From: an uncultured delta proteobacterium
GTDB lineage: Bacteria > Myxococcota > Myxococcia > Myxococcales > Myxococcaceae
Length of the DNA stretch: 64,000 bases
Direction of reading: 5' to 3'
Assembly: GCA_963796055.1 (NCBI GenBank)
Contig: CAWCKH010000003.1
Span: 192,001-256,000, forward strand
This document shows positions 12,030 to 22,816 of the stretch, one piece after another. The number at the start of each line of letters is the position of its first letter. The first letter of the stretch is position 1. The notes beneath the pieces are model-generated. The model ran no database searches. It was not told the DNA's origin and worked only from the letters and a program-made list of their open reading frames with translations. The position numbers and the translations under genes were made by a program.

Positions 12030-13013
12030 TCAGCGTCCTCCTGCCTGGCGAGAGAAGTACTCGGGCTTCTTCTCGAACCGATGCTGGGCCTGCACGTAAC
12101 GGACGGTCCCGGTCTTGCTCCGCATCACCACCGACCAGGTCTCGGCGCCACCGCCGAAGAAGCGCACGCCCCTGAGGAAGTCGCTGGAGGTGACCCCGGT
12201 GGCGGCGAACATCACCTCCCCGCTGGCCAGCTCCTCGGCGGTGTAGATCCGGTTCATGTCGGTGACGCCCATCTTCCGCGCCCGGGCAATCTCCTCGTCG
12301 TTGCGCGGCCTCAGCCGGCCCTGCATGTCGCCGCCCACGGACTTCACCGCCGCCGCGGTGATGACGCCTTCCGGCGCCCCACCGGTTCCCATCAGCACGT
12401 CCACGCCGGTCTCCGGGAAGCAGGTGGCCACCCCACCTGCCACGTCGCCGTCCTCGATCAACCGGATGCGGGCCCCCGCAGACCGGACCTCGTTGATGAG
12501 CTCCTCGTGTCGAGGGCGGTCGAGGATCACCACCGTGAGGTCCCCGAGCTCGCGGCCCAGCGCCGAGGCGATGGACCTGAGGTTCTCGCTCGGGCTCTTG
12601 CGCAGGTCGATCGCCCCACGCGCCTGGGGGCCGACCGCCAGCTTCTCCATGTAGGTATCCGGCGCGTTGAGGAGCTTGCCCCGCTCGGCGAGCGCCACCA
12701 CCGCGATGGCCCCCGGTCGCCCGTAGGCGCAGAGGTTGGTGCCCTCGAGCGGATCGAGCGCGATGTCGATGCCCGGATCCTCCTGCCCCCAGGTTCCGAC
12801 CTTCTCGCCGATGTAGAGCATGGGGGCCTCGTCGCGCTCGCCCTCGCCGATGACCACCGTGCCCTGGATGTGCAGGGTGTCGAAGGCCCGGCGCATGGCG
12901 TCGACCGCGGCCTGGTCGGACAGGTTCTTCTCCCCCCGCCCCATCAACCGGGCCGCGGCGATCGCCGCCAGCTCGGTGACGCGCACCACCTCCAGCGCCA
13001 GGTTGCGGTCCAT
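12030..13013 (-). CDS. glpX: Class II fructose-1,6-bisphosphatase
   Basis: VVIGEGERDEAPMLYIGE, DPLEGT, APDTYMEK, GGAPEGV. Confidence 0.97.
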   Translation of the reverse strand: MDRNLALEVVRVTELAAIAAARLMGRGEKNLSDQAAVDAMRRAFDTLHIQGTVVIGEGERDEAPMLYIGEKVGTWGQEDPGIDIALDPLEGTNLCAYGRPGAIAVVALAERGKLLNAPDTYMEKLAVGPQARGAIDLRKSPSENLRSIASALGRELGDLTVVILDRPRHEELINEVRSAGARIRLIEDGDVAGGVATCFPETGVDVLMGTGGAPEGVITAAAVKSVGGDMQGRLRPRNDEEIARARKMGVTDMNRIYTAEELASGEVMFAATGVTSSDFLRGVRFFGGGAETWSVVMRSKTGTVRYVQAQHRFEKKPEYFSRQAGGR

Positions 13014-13114
13014 GGACGTCCTCCTCCCCCTGCAGGTGCCGCGGACCGTACTCCGCCCCGTGGAGCGAGGCGACGGCTCCGGGGTGCGCCCCCCGTCGCG
13101 GAGGCCGGGGGGCG

Positions 13115-13516
13115 TCAGGCGGTGGACGGGGTGACCAGGGCAGCCACCCAGTCGGGGAGGCGAGCCGGTCGGCCTGCCCTTCCGAGGCAGGCGTGCACCG
13201 TGCTGCCGGTGCAGAGCACGGCGTCCTCTCCCTCGCGGGTGACGTGGTAGCGGAAGGTGAGCGTCACCCGGGTCACCGCGGGAACCTCGGTGCCGATCAG
13301 GAGCACGTCCTCGTAGCGGGCTGGCGCCACGTACCGGCAGGTGGCCTCCACCACCGGAAGGCTGAACCCCTCGGCTTCCATCTCCCGGTAACTGCGGCCG
13401 TGGGCGCGGAGGAACTCGCTCCGGGCGAGCTCGAAGTAGCGGAGGTAGTTGGCGTAGTACACGACCCCCATCTGGTCGGTGTCGCCGTAGATGACCCTCA
13501 CCCGCGCCTGGAACAT
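13115..13516 (-). CDS. YbgC/FadM family acyl-CoA thioesterase
   Basis: RVIYGDTDQMGVVYYANYLRYFE. Confidence 0.92.
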   Translation of the reverse strand: MFQARVRVIYGDTDQMGVVYYANYLRYFELARSEFLRAHGRSYREMEAEGFSLPVVEATCRYVAPARYEDVLLIGTEVPAVTRVTLTFRYHVTREGEDAVLCTGSTVHACLGRAGRPARLPDWVAALVTPSTA

Positions 13517-13608
13517 CCGTCCCTCCTGTCGGGCACGGTAGGCGTGGCGGCGACGGCGGGACAAGCGCCGCGCGATCGACTGCGGGGGGCTACACTGCGC
13601 AGCGCTCG

Positions 13609-15225
13609 ATGACCCGTGCCCTCGCCCTCGCACTCCTCCTGCTCGCCGCGCCCGCGCTGTGCAAGCCTCCGCGGCTCACGCTCTTCATCGCCGTGGATGC
13701 GCTGGGAACGGACCTGCTCCTCCGCTCCCGGTCCCAGCTCCGGGCGGGACTGGCCCAGCTCATCGACCGGGGCGCGTTCTATCCAGACGTGCGCTTCCAG
13801 CAGGCAGTGGTGGCGACCGCGCCGGGGCACAGCGTGCTCTCCACCGGCGCGTACCCCTGGCGCACCGGGGTGGTCGGCAACCGGCTGATGAACCGGGGCA
13901 CCGGCAAGGAGGAGCCCGTCTTCTGGGACCCCACCCATCCGGTGCTCGAGGCCCCGGCGGGGGTGGAGGACGTCTCGCCCGAGGCATTGCTGGCCGAGAC
14001 GCTGTCCGATCACCTCAGGCTCTTCACTGGCGGGCGGGGAAAGGCGATTGCCCTCTCCGGGAAGGCCCGGGCGGCGATTGCCCTGGCCGGGCGGCTGGGA
14101 CAGCCGTTCTGGTTCAACGAGCAGGTGGGGCGCTTCGTGACCGGCACCGCGTACATGAAGGAGCTGCCGGCGTGGCTGCGGACGCTCAACGACCGGCGCA
14201 TCCCCGACACGGCCTTCGGGACCGAGTGGGGTCTGGCGCTGCAGACCAAGGACTACCTCGGCGAGGACGATCGACCCTTCGAGGCACCTGGCTTCGGGAT
14301 GGGCCGGACCTTCCCCCACCCGCTCAAGGGCGGAGCCCCCGCTCCAGGCGCGCCGTCGTACGCGGCTTTCGCCTCCTCTCCCTTCGCCAATGATCTGCTG
14401 GTCCAGGCGGCGAAGGCGGCCATCGCCGCCGAGGGGCTGGGAAAGGACGACGTCCCGGACCTCCTCTCGGTCAGCTTCAGCGCGACCGACCTCGTCTACC
14501 ACCAGTACGGCCCGTACTCCTGGGAGATGCAGGACGCGCTGGTGCGGCTCGACCGGCAGATCGGCGATCTGCTCGCGGCAGCCGAGAAGGCGGCGGGCGG
14601 CCGGCAGGCCCTCCTGGTGGTGCTCTGCTCGGACCACGGCGGGGCGGCGCTCCCCGAGGAGTGGATCGCCGCCGGCATCAACGCCACGCGGGTGAAGCCC
14701 TCCGTCCTCCGGCAAGGCCTCGCCCAGGAGCTGCAGAACCGTTTCGGCGCACCGCTGCTGCTCGGGCTGGTGGACCGCGACGTGTTCCTCAACGCCAAGG
14801 CGCTCGCGGAGAAGAAGCTCGACCCGGCTGTGGTGCGCCGGGCCGCTTCCGACTGGCTGGCCCGTCAGCCCGGGGTCGCGCTCGCCGTGGCGCAGGACGA
14901 GCTCGAGTCCGGTCAGGAGCTGAGCGGCTTTCTCCCGGCGCTGCGCAGGAGTCATTACCCGGGCCGCAGCGGGGATGTGACGTTTCTCATGAAGCCGTAC
15001 GCCGTGTTGACCGAGTACGATTCCGGCACCACCCACGGCGAGCCCTACGCCTATGACAACCAGGTCCCGCTGGTCCTCTACGGCAAGGGCGTGAAGCCCG
15101 GGCTGTACCGGATGCAGGTGCACGCCAGCGACGTCGCGCCCACCGCAGCGATGCTGATGGAGATGGGCGCGCCGGCCTCGGCCGAAGGCGAGCCGCGCGT
15201 CGAGTCCATCGTTCAGGGCCGCTGA
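13609..15225 (+). CDS. Alkaline phosphatase/nucleotide pyrophosphatase family protein (PafA-like), secreted
   Basis: Signal peptide, IAVDAL, TAPGH nucleophile motif, SFSATDLVYHQYGP, SDHG, THGEPYAYD. Confidence 0.88.
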   Translation: MTRALALALLLLAAPALCKPPRLTLFIAVDALGTDLLLRSRSQLRAGLAQLIDRGAFYPDVRFQQAVVATAPGHSVLSTGAYPWRTGVVGNRLMNRGTGKEEPVFWDPTHPVLEAPAGVEDVSPEALLAETLSDHLRLFTGGRGKAIALSGKARAAIALAGRLGQPFWFNEQVGRFVTGTAYMKELPAWLRTLNDRRIPDTAFGTEWGLALQTKDYLGEDDRPFEAPGFGMGRTFPHPLKGGAPAPGAPSYAAFASSPFANDLLVQAAKAAIAAEGLGKDDVPDLLSVSFSATDLVYHQYGPYSWEMQDALVRLDRQIGDLLAAAEKAAGGRQALLVVLCSDHGGAALPEEWIAAGINATRVKPSVLRQGLAQELQNRFGAPLLLGLVDRDVFLNAKALAEKKLDPAVVRRAASDWLARQPGVALAVAQDELESGQELSGFLPALRRSHYPGRSGDVTFLMKPYAVLTEYDSGTTHGEPYAYDNQVPLVLYGKGVKPGLYRMQVHASDVAPTAAMLMEMGAPASAEGEPRVESIVQGR

Positions 15226-15231
15226 GCGGGA

Positions 15232-16068
15232 TCAGCGCTCGACGATCTCCAGCGACAGGTCCATCGCCCGCGCCGAGTGGGTGAGCGCGCCCATCGACAC
15301 GAAATCGACCCCCAGCTGCGCCAGCTTCGGCAGCCGCTCCAGGGTCACGTTCCCGGAGACCTCGAGCTGCACCTTCCCGCCGGTGATCCGCACCGCCTCG
15401 GCGACGGTGGCGTCGTCCATGTTGTCCAGCAGCACCACGTCCGCGCCGCCGGCGATGGCGTCCGCGAGCTGCTCCAGCCGGGTGATCTCCACCTCGATTC
15501 TCACCAGCTGCGGTGCGTACGCCCGCGCCCGCCGGAGCGCCTCGCGCACGTCCCCGCCCACCGCGGCGAGGTGGTTGTCCTTGATCAGCACGCCGTCGAA
15601 GAGCCCGAAGCGGTGGTTGGACGCCCCTCCGGCACGCACCGCCTCCTTCGACAGCCCGCGCATCCCCGGGCTGGTCTTCCGCGTGTCCAGGACACGAAGG
15701 TGCGAGCCCCGCACCGCGTCCGCCGCCCGCGCCGCCAGCGTGGCGATGCCGCAGGTCCGCTGGAGAATGTTGAGCGCGGTCCGCTCACCGACGAGCAAGG
15801 TGCGCAGCCCGGCCGAGACGGAGCCGATGGCCGAGCGGCCAACGATGCGCGCCCCCTCCGGCTCGGAGAAGCGAACGTCCGCGCCCGGCTCCAGCCGGGT
15901 GAAGACCCGGGCGAAAGCGCGGGTCCCGGCGAGGACCAGCGGCTCCTTCGCCCACACCTCCGCCCGGCCCCGCGCATCCTCGGGGACGAGCGCCTGGGTG
16001 GTCACGTCGCCCGCAGCGCCCAGGTCCTCCTCCAGGGCCAGGTCGATCAACCGGTCGACGAAGTCCAT
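15232..16068 (-). CDS. nadC: Quinolinate phosphoribosyltransferase
   Basis: ERTALN, DTRKTSPG, NHRFGLFDGVLIKDNH, IEVE, LLDNM. Confidence 0.96.
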   Translation of the reverse strand: MDFVDRLIDLALEEDLGAAGDVTTQALVPEDARGRAEVWAKEPLVLAGTRAFARVFTRLEPGADVRFSEPEGARIVGRSAIGSVSAGLRTLLVGERTALNILQRTCGIATLAARAADAVRGSHLRVLDTRKTSPGMRGLSKEAVRAGGASNHRFGLFDGVLIKDNHLAAVGGDVREALRRARAYAPQLVRIEVEITRLEQLADAIAGGADVVLLDNMDDATVAEAVRITGGKVQLEVSGNVTLERLPKLAQLGVDFVSMGALTHSARAMDLSLEIVER

Positions 16069-16099
16069 GCGCTGGAGGTGGAGCCGACGGCGGTGACGA

Positions 16100-16495
16100 C
16101 TAACGCCGAGACTTCCGGGCGGTGCGCCGGGCGCCGCGCCGGGCCTTGCGCGCCCCGCGCCGCTTCGCCACGCCCTTTCGGAGTGCGCCCCTGCGTGCGC
16201 TCTTCCGAGCCGCGGCCTTCTTCCTGCGCGCCGGCGCCTTCTTCGCGGCCTTGCGCTTCGGGGCCTTGCGGGCCGCCTTGCGCGCTGGCGCCGTCTTCTT
16301 CGCGGCGGGCTTCCTCGGAGCAGCGGAGCGCCGCGGTCGGGCGGCGGCCACGGGCGCGGCCGGAGCAGGCGACTCGCTGCCCATGCCCATCCCCATGCCC
16401 ATGCCGCTGGAGGGCGCGGGCATGTCTCCGCCGATGCTTCCGCCCATGCCGCCCATCCCGTTCGACTCCATCTCTTCCGGTGTTCTCTCGGACAT
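16100..16495 (-). CDS. Histone H1-like Lys/Arg/Ala-rich protein
   Basis: Acidic Met/Gly-rich N-terminus, then ARKAARKAPKRKAAKK repeats; GGAGG RBS. Confidence 0.75.
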   Translation of the reverse strand: MSERTPEEMESNGMGGMGGSIGGDMPAPSSGMGMGMGMGSESPAPAAPVAAARPRRSAAPRKPAAKKTAPARKAARKAPKRKAAKKAPARRKKAAARKSARRGALRKGVAKRRGARKARRGARRTARKSRR

Positions 16496-16507
16496 CGTTC
16501 CTCCAGG

Positions 16508-19265
16508 TCAGATCCGACTGAGGTTGTCCAGCAGCTTGGCCTTCCGGGCCTCGAGCTCGGTCACCCGGGCCCGATCCTTCTCCACCACGTCGGCCGGAGC
16601 CCGCGCGACGAAGCTCGGATTGTCCAGCTTTCGCCTCAAGGCTGCCAGATCCGACTCGACGCGGGCGATCTCTTTCCGCAGGCGCGCGCGTTCTTCGTCG
16701 AGATCCAACAACCCCGCCAGCGGGACGTAGACGGAAACCCCCTGTCCCACCCACGACGCCGATGACGGCGGCGGCGTCCCCACCGGCTGCACCGTGAGCT
16801 CCGACAGCCCGGCCAGCGGCTCGACGTAGCCCCGCGTGCGCTCCAGGGCCGCCTGGAGCGCTGCGTCGTCGGTCTGCACCACCGCCCGAATCCTCTGGAG
16901 TGGCGGGAGGTTGCTCTCGCCCCGAATGTTGCGGATGCCGTCGATGACCGCGATGACCGGCGCCATCTCCGCCTCCGCCGCGGGGTCCTCGGGCCCTGGC
17001 TGCGGAGACGCTGCGAGCATCAGGAATGCGTCTTCGGGCACCCCCGGAAGCCGGTGCCAGATCTCCTCGGTGATGAAGGGGATGAAGGGGTGCAGCAGCC
17101 GCAGCACCCGGTCCAGCACGTGGATCAGCACCGCCCGGGTGGTGTCCCTGCGCTCGGCGTCGGTGCCCTGGAGTCCAGGCTTGGCGAGCTCGATGTACCA
17201 GTCGCAGAAGGCGTGCCAGGTGAACTGGTAAAGGGAGGACGCGGCCTCCGCGAACTCGTAGCGGCCCAGCGCGTCGTTCACCTCGCGGGTCACCCGCTCG
17301 GTCCGCGAGAGGACCCACCGGTCGGCGAGCGTCAGCGCCCGGTCGCGCAGCGGAAGGTTCCCGGGATGGAAGTCACCGAGGTAGAGCAGCAGGAAGCGCG
17401 AGGCGTTCCACAGCTTGTTGGTGAACGCCTTGTAGCCGTTGACCCGGTCGAGCGAGAGCTTGATGTCCCGGCCCTGCGCCGCGAGCGCTGCGAGCGTGTA
17501 ACGCAACGCGTCAGCCCCGAACGCCGGCATCCCTTGCGGGAACTTGTTGCGCAGGCTGGGGGGGAGCGCCTCTGCCGTCTGGCCGTGGATGACGTCGAGC
17601 GGGTCGACCACGTTCCCCTTCACCTTCGACATCTTCTCGCCCTTCTCGTCGCGCACCATCGCGTGCAGATAGACGGTGCGGAAGGGCACATCGCCCATGA
17701 AGTGCAGGCCCATCATCATCATCCGGGCCACCCAGAAGAAGAGGATGTCGTGCCCGGTCTCCAGAACGGAGGTCGGGTAGAAGGTCTTCAGCTCCGGTGT
17801 CCTCTCCGGCCATCCCAGGGTGCTGAAGGGCCAGAGCGCCGAGCTGAACCAGGTGTCGAGCACGTCCGGGTCCTGGCTCAGCGCCGAGCCGCCGCACGAA
17901 GGACACGCCGCAGGCCGGGCCCGGGCCACGATGGGCGTGGCCTTCTCGAGGTCGAGCGCGCCCGAGGCGGTGCGGGGGGTGCACGCCTCGCAGTACCAGG
18001 CGGGGATTCTGGTGGCCCCACCACAGCTGCCGGCTCACGCACCAGTCCTGGATGTTGCGCATCCAGTGGAAGTAGGTGGCGTTCCAGCTCTCGGGGAGGA
18101 TGGTGGTCCTGCCCTGCTCCACCGCCTCGATGGCCGGCCTGGCCAGCGGCTCGATCCGCACGAACCACTGCGGCGACAGGCGCGGCTCGACGATGGTCCC
18201 GCTCCGCTGGCAGAGCCCGATGCTCAGGGTGTGCGGCTTCTCGGAGACGAGCAGCCCCTGCGCGGCGAGGTCCTCGAGCACACGGGTACGCGCCTCGAAG
18301 CGGTCGAGCCCGGCGTACGGCCCGGCGGCCTCGGTGGTCCGTGCGGCCTCGTCGAGGATGGAGATCATCTGCAGCGCGTGCCGCAGCCCGGTCTGGTAGT
18401 CGTTGAAGTCGTGCGCCGGGGTCACCTTCACCACCCCGGTGCCGAACTCCGGGTCCACCAGGGTGGCGTCGGCGATGACCGGAATCTCCCGCTCCAGCAG
18501 CGGCAAGATGACCGTCTTGCCGATCAGATCCCGGTAGCGCGGGTCGTCCGGGTGCACCGCCACCGCGGTGTCGCCGAGCATCGTCTCCGGGCGGGTGGTG
18601 GCCACGGTCAGGAACCGGTCCTGCCCCTTCACCGGGTAGCGGATCTCCCAGATGGACCCCTGCCGCTCCTCGTGCTCCACCTCGAGGTCGCTGAGCGCGG
18701 TCCGGCAGTCCGGGCACCAGTTGATCAGCCGGCTGGCGCGGTAGAGCAGCCCCTCCTCGTACAGACGGACGAACACCTCCAGCACCGCCCGCGAGCTGCC
18801 CTCGTCCATGGTGAAGCGAGAGCGGCTCCAGTCGAGGCTCGCCCCCAGGTGCTCGTGCTGCTCCTGGATGCGGGCGCCGTAGCGCTCCTTCCACTCCCAG
18901 ACGCGGCGCACGAACTCCGCCCGGCCGAAGTCGTGGCGGGACTTTCCCTCGGTCTTCTTCAGCTCCCGCTCGACCACCATCTGGGTGGCGATGCCGGCGT
19001 GGTCCACCCCCGGCTGCCACAGGGTGTTGAACCCGCGCATCCGGTGCCAGCGGATGAGGATGTCCTCCAGGGTGGCGGTGAGCGCATGCCCGATGTGCAG
19101 CGACCCGGTGACGTTGGGTGGCGGCAAGATGATGCAGTACGGCGGCTTGCTCGACGTGGCTTCCGCCCGGAAGCAGCCGGCGGCTTCCCAGCGCCGGTAC
19201 CAGCGCGCCTCCACCTCCGCAGGCTCGTAGGCCTTCGGAAGTCCCTCCTGATCGTCCTCGGACAT
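16508..19265 (-). CDS. valS: Valine--tRNA ligase, split by a +1 frameshift at ~18007 (probably a sequence error)
   Basis: [13 protein letters not shown] and SRQLWWGH in ORF 17511..19652; [14 protein letters not shown] and the C-terminal coiled coil in ORF 16508..17929. Removing one base restores WWGHQIPAWYC. Confidence 0.95.
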
Positions 19266-19284
19266 ACCCGTGTGGAGGGGCTGT

Positions 19285-20469
19285 TTAGCCTTTTCCGTCC
19301 CGCTCGCGCATCGTCCGCTCGGCGATTTCGCGAACGATCGTCTCCGCGAGCTGGGGGACAACTTCCCAGGCGATCTTCTCGATGACCTCGCGCGAGGCCT
19401 TCCCCAGCGCCTCGCGGAGACGGGCTTCGCCCCCGTCGGCGGCCGCGGCCGCCGGCTCGGTCCCGAGGTCGAGCGACATCTCCTCCGCGGCAGCCGGCGG
19501 GGGGATCTGCGGTTCCACCTGGTAGCCCCGGACGGGGGTGTTGGCCGGGGCCGAGAGCCCGAACGGGTCACGGGCGCGGGCGGTGGCGGGCGCCGCGGGG
19601 GTGGCCGGCACGGGCGGCAGCGGCGCTGCGCCGGGTGCCCGGGGGAAGCCACCCGGGGTCATCGGAGCCGCCGGGCGTGCGAAGCCGGACTGGGTCCCGA
19701 GCGGCATCCCTGGCCGGGTCATCCCCGGGACGGTGCCGCCGGTCATCGGCTGAGGGGGCCGCGGGAGCCCGCTCGTTGCCGCTCCGGTCGGACGGCCCAG
19801 AGGCACGCCCGGCTGGGTGATGGGGCGGGCGACGGGCTGAGGCGCCGGACGGGGAACGCCCGCCATCGGGGTCGGGGCCGGGCCGGCGGGCCGGGGAATG
19901 CCGGCGGGTCCCGGCATCGGCTGGGGGACTCCGGCGGTGGGGACGGGACGCGGCGCACCCGCCGGGGAGAAGGCGCCCGTCGCCGCGGGGCGTGGCGCGC
20001 CGGAGGCCATTGGCTGGCTGGGGCGGGGAACCGCAGGCTGCGACGTCGCTGGGGGCGGAGCCACCGCCGCCGGGCGAGCCGGCATCATCGGCTGACCCAG
20101 CGGAAGCCCGACCAGGGTGCGGACCCGGTCGAGGAAGGCCTGGCTCTCGAAGGGCTTGGTGATGTGCGCGTCCGCCCGGGCGGCCCGGGCGCGCGCTTCG
20201 TCGAACGGCTCGAAGTTGCCGGCCAAGAGAAGCACTGGCGTGGAGGCGGTGGCCGGGTCCGACTTGAGCGTCTCGCAGACCTCGTAGCCGCTCCGGCCAG
20301 GCATCAGCACGTCGGCGATGACCAGGTCCGGGCGCATCTCGCGGGCGCGGGCAATGGCATCGATGCCGTTGTCCACCGCGGTGATCTGGAAATCCTCGAG
20401 CGCGAGCACCATCCCGATGACCTTGCGGATGGTGAGCGAGTCATCGGCGACGAGCAGGGTCTTCGGCAT
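19285..20469 (-). CDS. romR: Polarity/motility response regulator RomR
   Basis: Receiver domain, long Pro-rich linker, conserved C-terminus [31 protein letters not shown]; adjacent to valS as in M. xanthus. Confidence 0.88.
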   Translation of the reverse strand: MPKTLLVADDSLTIRKVIGMVLALEDFQITAVDNGIDAIARAREMRPDLVIADVLMPGRSGYEVCETLKSDPATASTPVLLLAGNFEPFDEARARAARADAHITKPFESQAFLDRVRTLVGLPLGQPMMPARPAAVAPPPATSQPAVPRPSQPMASGAPRPAATGAFSPAGAPRPVPTAGVPQPMPGPAGIPRPAGPAPTPMAGVPRPAPQPVARPITQPGVPLGRPTGAATSGLPRPPQPMTGGTVPGMTRPGMPLGTQSGFARPAAPMTPGGFPRAPGAAPLPPVPATPAAPATARARDPFGLSAPANTPVRGYQVEPQIPPPAAAEEMSLDLGTEPAAAAADGGEARLREALGKASREVIEKIAWEVVPQLAETIVREIAERTMRERDGKG

Positions 20470-20470
20470 G

Positions 20471-21337
20471 TCAGGCCAGGGCATCTGAGGGGCCGGGCCT
20501 CGGCCCTGTCAAGTTCGAGGCTCCCAGCAGCCGCGTCACGTCCGGCGCGAGCACCACGCGCCCATCGGGCGTCTGCCACCGCCCCGCCTCCTCCCCGGCG
20601 ACGAGCCGTTGCTCGATGCCCAGCACCCGCGAGGCGCACAGCGCGACCTGGATCCCGGCGAGCTCCAGCAGGACGACTTGTGGCTCGACCGCCAGCTGCC
20701 GGCCGAGGAAGGCGGGGAGCGCGTACACCGGCCAGAGCGCGCCGGCGTGGGCGAGCAGCCCGGCCACCACCCCTCCCGGCACCGGGAAGGGACAGAAGGC
20801 GGCCAGCACGGGGGAGATCTGCAGCACGTGGGCAAGCGGCACGCCGAACAGCGTCTCCCCCGACTCGAAGAGGAGCGCCGGACCCTGCGGGGCCTCCAGC
20901 CAGCTGACGACGCGCGGGGTGGGCGACGGGAGCATGCAGGTCTGCCCCAGCGCCTCGGCCCGCAGATCGAGGTAGAGCCGCCCCTGGTGCTGCAGCGCTC
21001 CCCGGACCAAGGTGCCGATCCGCTGTGCGAGATCCCGGGTGAGCTGGAAATGTGGCGCGCCGGCGACGTCCGCCACTTCCGCACCTTCTCGCACGCGGAC
21101 CGCCAGCGTGGGGCTGGTGTCGAGCAGGACCGCGAGCCCCGGCCGCCGCTCCGGTGCGCCGCCCATGAGCGTGGACAGGTCTTCCAGGGGGAAGACGCCG
21201 CGCACGGTGGCGCGTTCCCCGTCCGGATCGGGGGGCGTCACCTCGAGAACCCGGGAGGCCTCGAGGGCGTACCGCGCCGGCCCGGCCTCGAACAGGAGCG
21301 CGAGTCTCCGACCTCCGTCATGCATGTGCGCAGCCAT
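20471..21337 (-). CDS. romA: Tandem CheW-like domain protein (RomA-like)
   Basis: Two degenerate CheW-like halves (LLFEAG..RYAL; LLFESGETLFGVPL..V) directly upstream of romR. Confidence 0.68.
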   Translation of the reverse strand: MAAHMHDGGRRLALLFEAGPARYALEASRVLEVTPPDPDGERATVRGVFPLEDLSTLMGGAPERRPGLAVLLDTSPTLAVRVREGAEVADVAGAPHFQLTRDLAQRIGTLVRGALQHQGRLYLDLRAEALGQTCMLPSPTPRVVSWLEAPQGPALLFESGETLFGVPLAHVLQISPVLAAFCPFPVPGGVVAGLLAHAGALWPVYALPAFLGRQLAVEPQVVLLELAGIQVALCASRVLGIEQRLVAGEEAGRWQTPDGRVVLAPDVTRLLGASNLTGPRPGPSDALA

Positions 21338-21388
21338 GGAGGGACTTCCCGGATCCTGTCATGCTCGCCGGCCAGGCGCGAAGGACGA

Positions 21389-22735
21389 ATGGCGACCATC
21401 CTGCTGGTGGATGACGAGAAGGTCGCCCGTACGGTGTACGGCGACTACCTGACCGAGGCGGGTCACACGGTGACCTGCGTCAGCTCGGTGGCGGAGGCGC
21501 GCGCCGCGCTGGCGCTGCACCCGGTGGATCTGGTGGTCACCGACCTCATCCTTCCCGCGGGCGACGGGATGGACGTGCTCCAGCACACCCGCGAGCGGTA
21601 CCCGGGGGTGGAGGTGGTGGTCATCACCGCACTGGACAAGGTGGACCCGGCGGTCCGCGCCATCAAGAGCGGCGCCGCCGAATATCTGGTCAAGCCGGTC
21701 AAGCCCGAGGCGCTGAACCACGCGGTGAACCGGGCCCTGATGACCCGGGCGCTGCTGGCGGAGAACGCGGCGCTCAAGCGGCACCTCTCGCTGGTGGAGG
21801 CGGGCCAGCGGCTCCTCACCATGCTCGACCGTCCGCGCCTGGCGCAGGCCGCGACCTCGGCCTTCCTCCAGCTGTCGGGAGCGGAGGGAGTGCTGCTCTG
21901 GTCCCGGAGCGGCGACACGGTGCGGCTGGAGGCCTCCGAGGGCATCTCCTCCGAGGCGCTCCGGCACCTGGTGGTCCGCTACGACGCCGAGCTCCCCGAC
22001 CTCCCGGCGCGGCCGCTGGAGGCGGCGTGGCCCGAGGGCGCGGGCCGGGTGCTCGGCTTCCCGGTGGGTGAGGCCGGTCGCCACCGCGGCTGGGCGCTGT
22101 TGCTCAGCCGCGCACCGGCCAGCGACACCCTGCGGGAGGCCGCCGAGTACCTGGCGCGGCACCTCGCCCTGGCCTGGGACCACGTCGAGCGCTTCGCTCG
22201 GGTGGAGGACCTGGCCTACCTCGACGACCTCACCCGGCTCTACAACGCTCGCTACCTCGACGAGGCGCTCGACCGGGAGCTGCACGGCAGGGGACCCTTC
22301 AGCCTCCTCTTCCTCGACCTCGACCACTTCAAGAGCGTCAACGACACCCACGGGCACCTGGTGGGGAGCAAGCTCCTGGTGGAGGCCGCGCGGGTGGTGA
22401 AGTCCTGCACGCGGGATCAGGACGTGGTGGCCCGCTGGGGCGGCGACGAGTACGTGGTGCTGCTGCGCGAGACCGACAGCGGCGGCGCGCTCAAGGTGGC
22501 CGAGCGCATCCGGCGGACGGTGGAAGCCCACTCCTTCCTCGCCCGCGAGGGCTATGGGCTGGGGGTGACGGTGTGCATCGGGGTGGCGAGCCATCCCGAG
22601 CACGGGGTGGACCGGCGCACCCTGCTCGACCTCGCCGACCGGGCGATGTACCGCGGCAAGCGAACCTCGCGGAACGTGGTCTACGTCGCAGCCCCCGGGG
22701 CCGAGGAGGTCGTGAAGCGCAGCGGGGCGGCGTGA
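21389..22735 (+). CDS. Response regulator with receiver, GAF-like and GGDEF (GGDEY) domains
   Basis: ILLVDDE...TDLILP...YLVKP; DDLTRLYN, DLDHFKSVNDTHGH, RDQD I-site, RWGGDEY. Confidence 0.92.
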   Translation: MATILLVDDEKVARTVYGDYLTEAGHTVTCVSSVAEARAALALHPVDLVVTDLILPAGDGMDVLQHTRERYPGVEVVVITALDKVDPAVRAIKSGAAEYLVKPVKPEALNHAVNRALMTRALLAENAALKRHLSLVEAGQRLLTMLDRPRLAQAATSAFLQLSGAEGVLLWSRSGDTVRLEASEGISSEALRHLVVRYDAELPDLPARPLEAAWPEGAGRVLGFPVGEAGRHRGWALLLSRAPASDTLREAAEYLARHLALAWDHVERFARVEDLAYLDDLTRLYNARYLDEALDRELHGRGPFSLLFLDLDHFKSVNDTHGHLVGSKLLVEAARVVKSCTRDQDVVARWGGDEYVVLLRETDSGGALKVAERIRRTVEAHSFLAREGYGLGVTVCIGVASHPEHGVDRRTLLDLADRAMYRGKRTSRNVVYVAAPGAEEVVKRSGAA

Positions 22736-22816
22736 GAGCCGTTCTCTCTCCGGCGCGACAATGTCCAGCGCGGGGCTTGTGGCGGACGGCGGAAGCGCTC
22801 TAAGCCCCGACTCGCC

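Noticed and set aside
16508..19265. valS as a genuine pseudogene or naturally split synthetase
   Set aside because: All motifs are intact with no other decay, the gene is essential and a single base restores it; a sequence error is more parsimonious.
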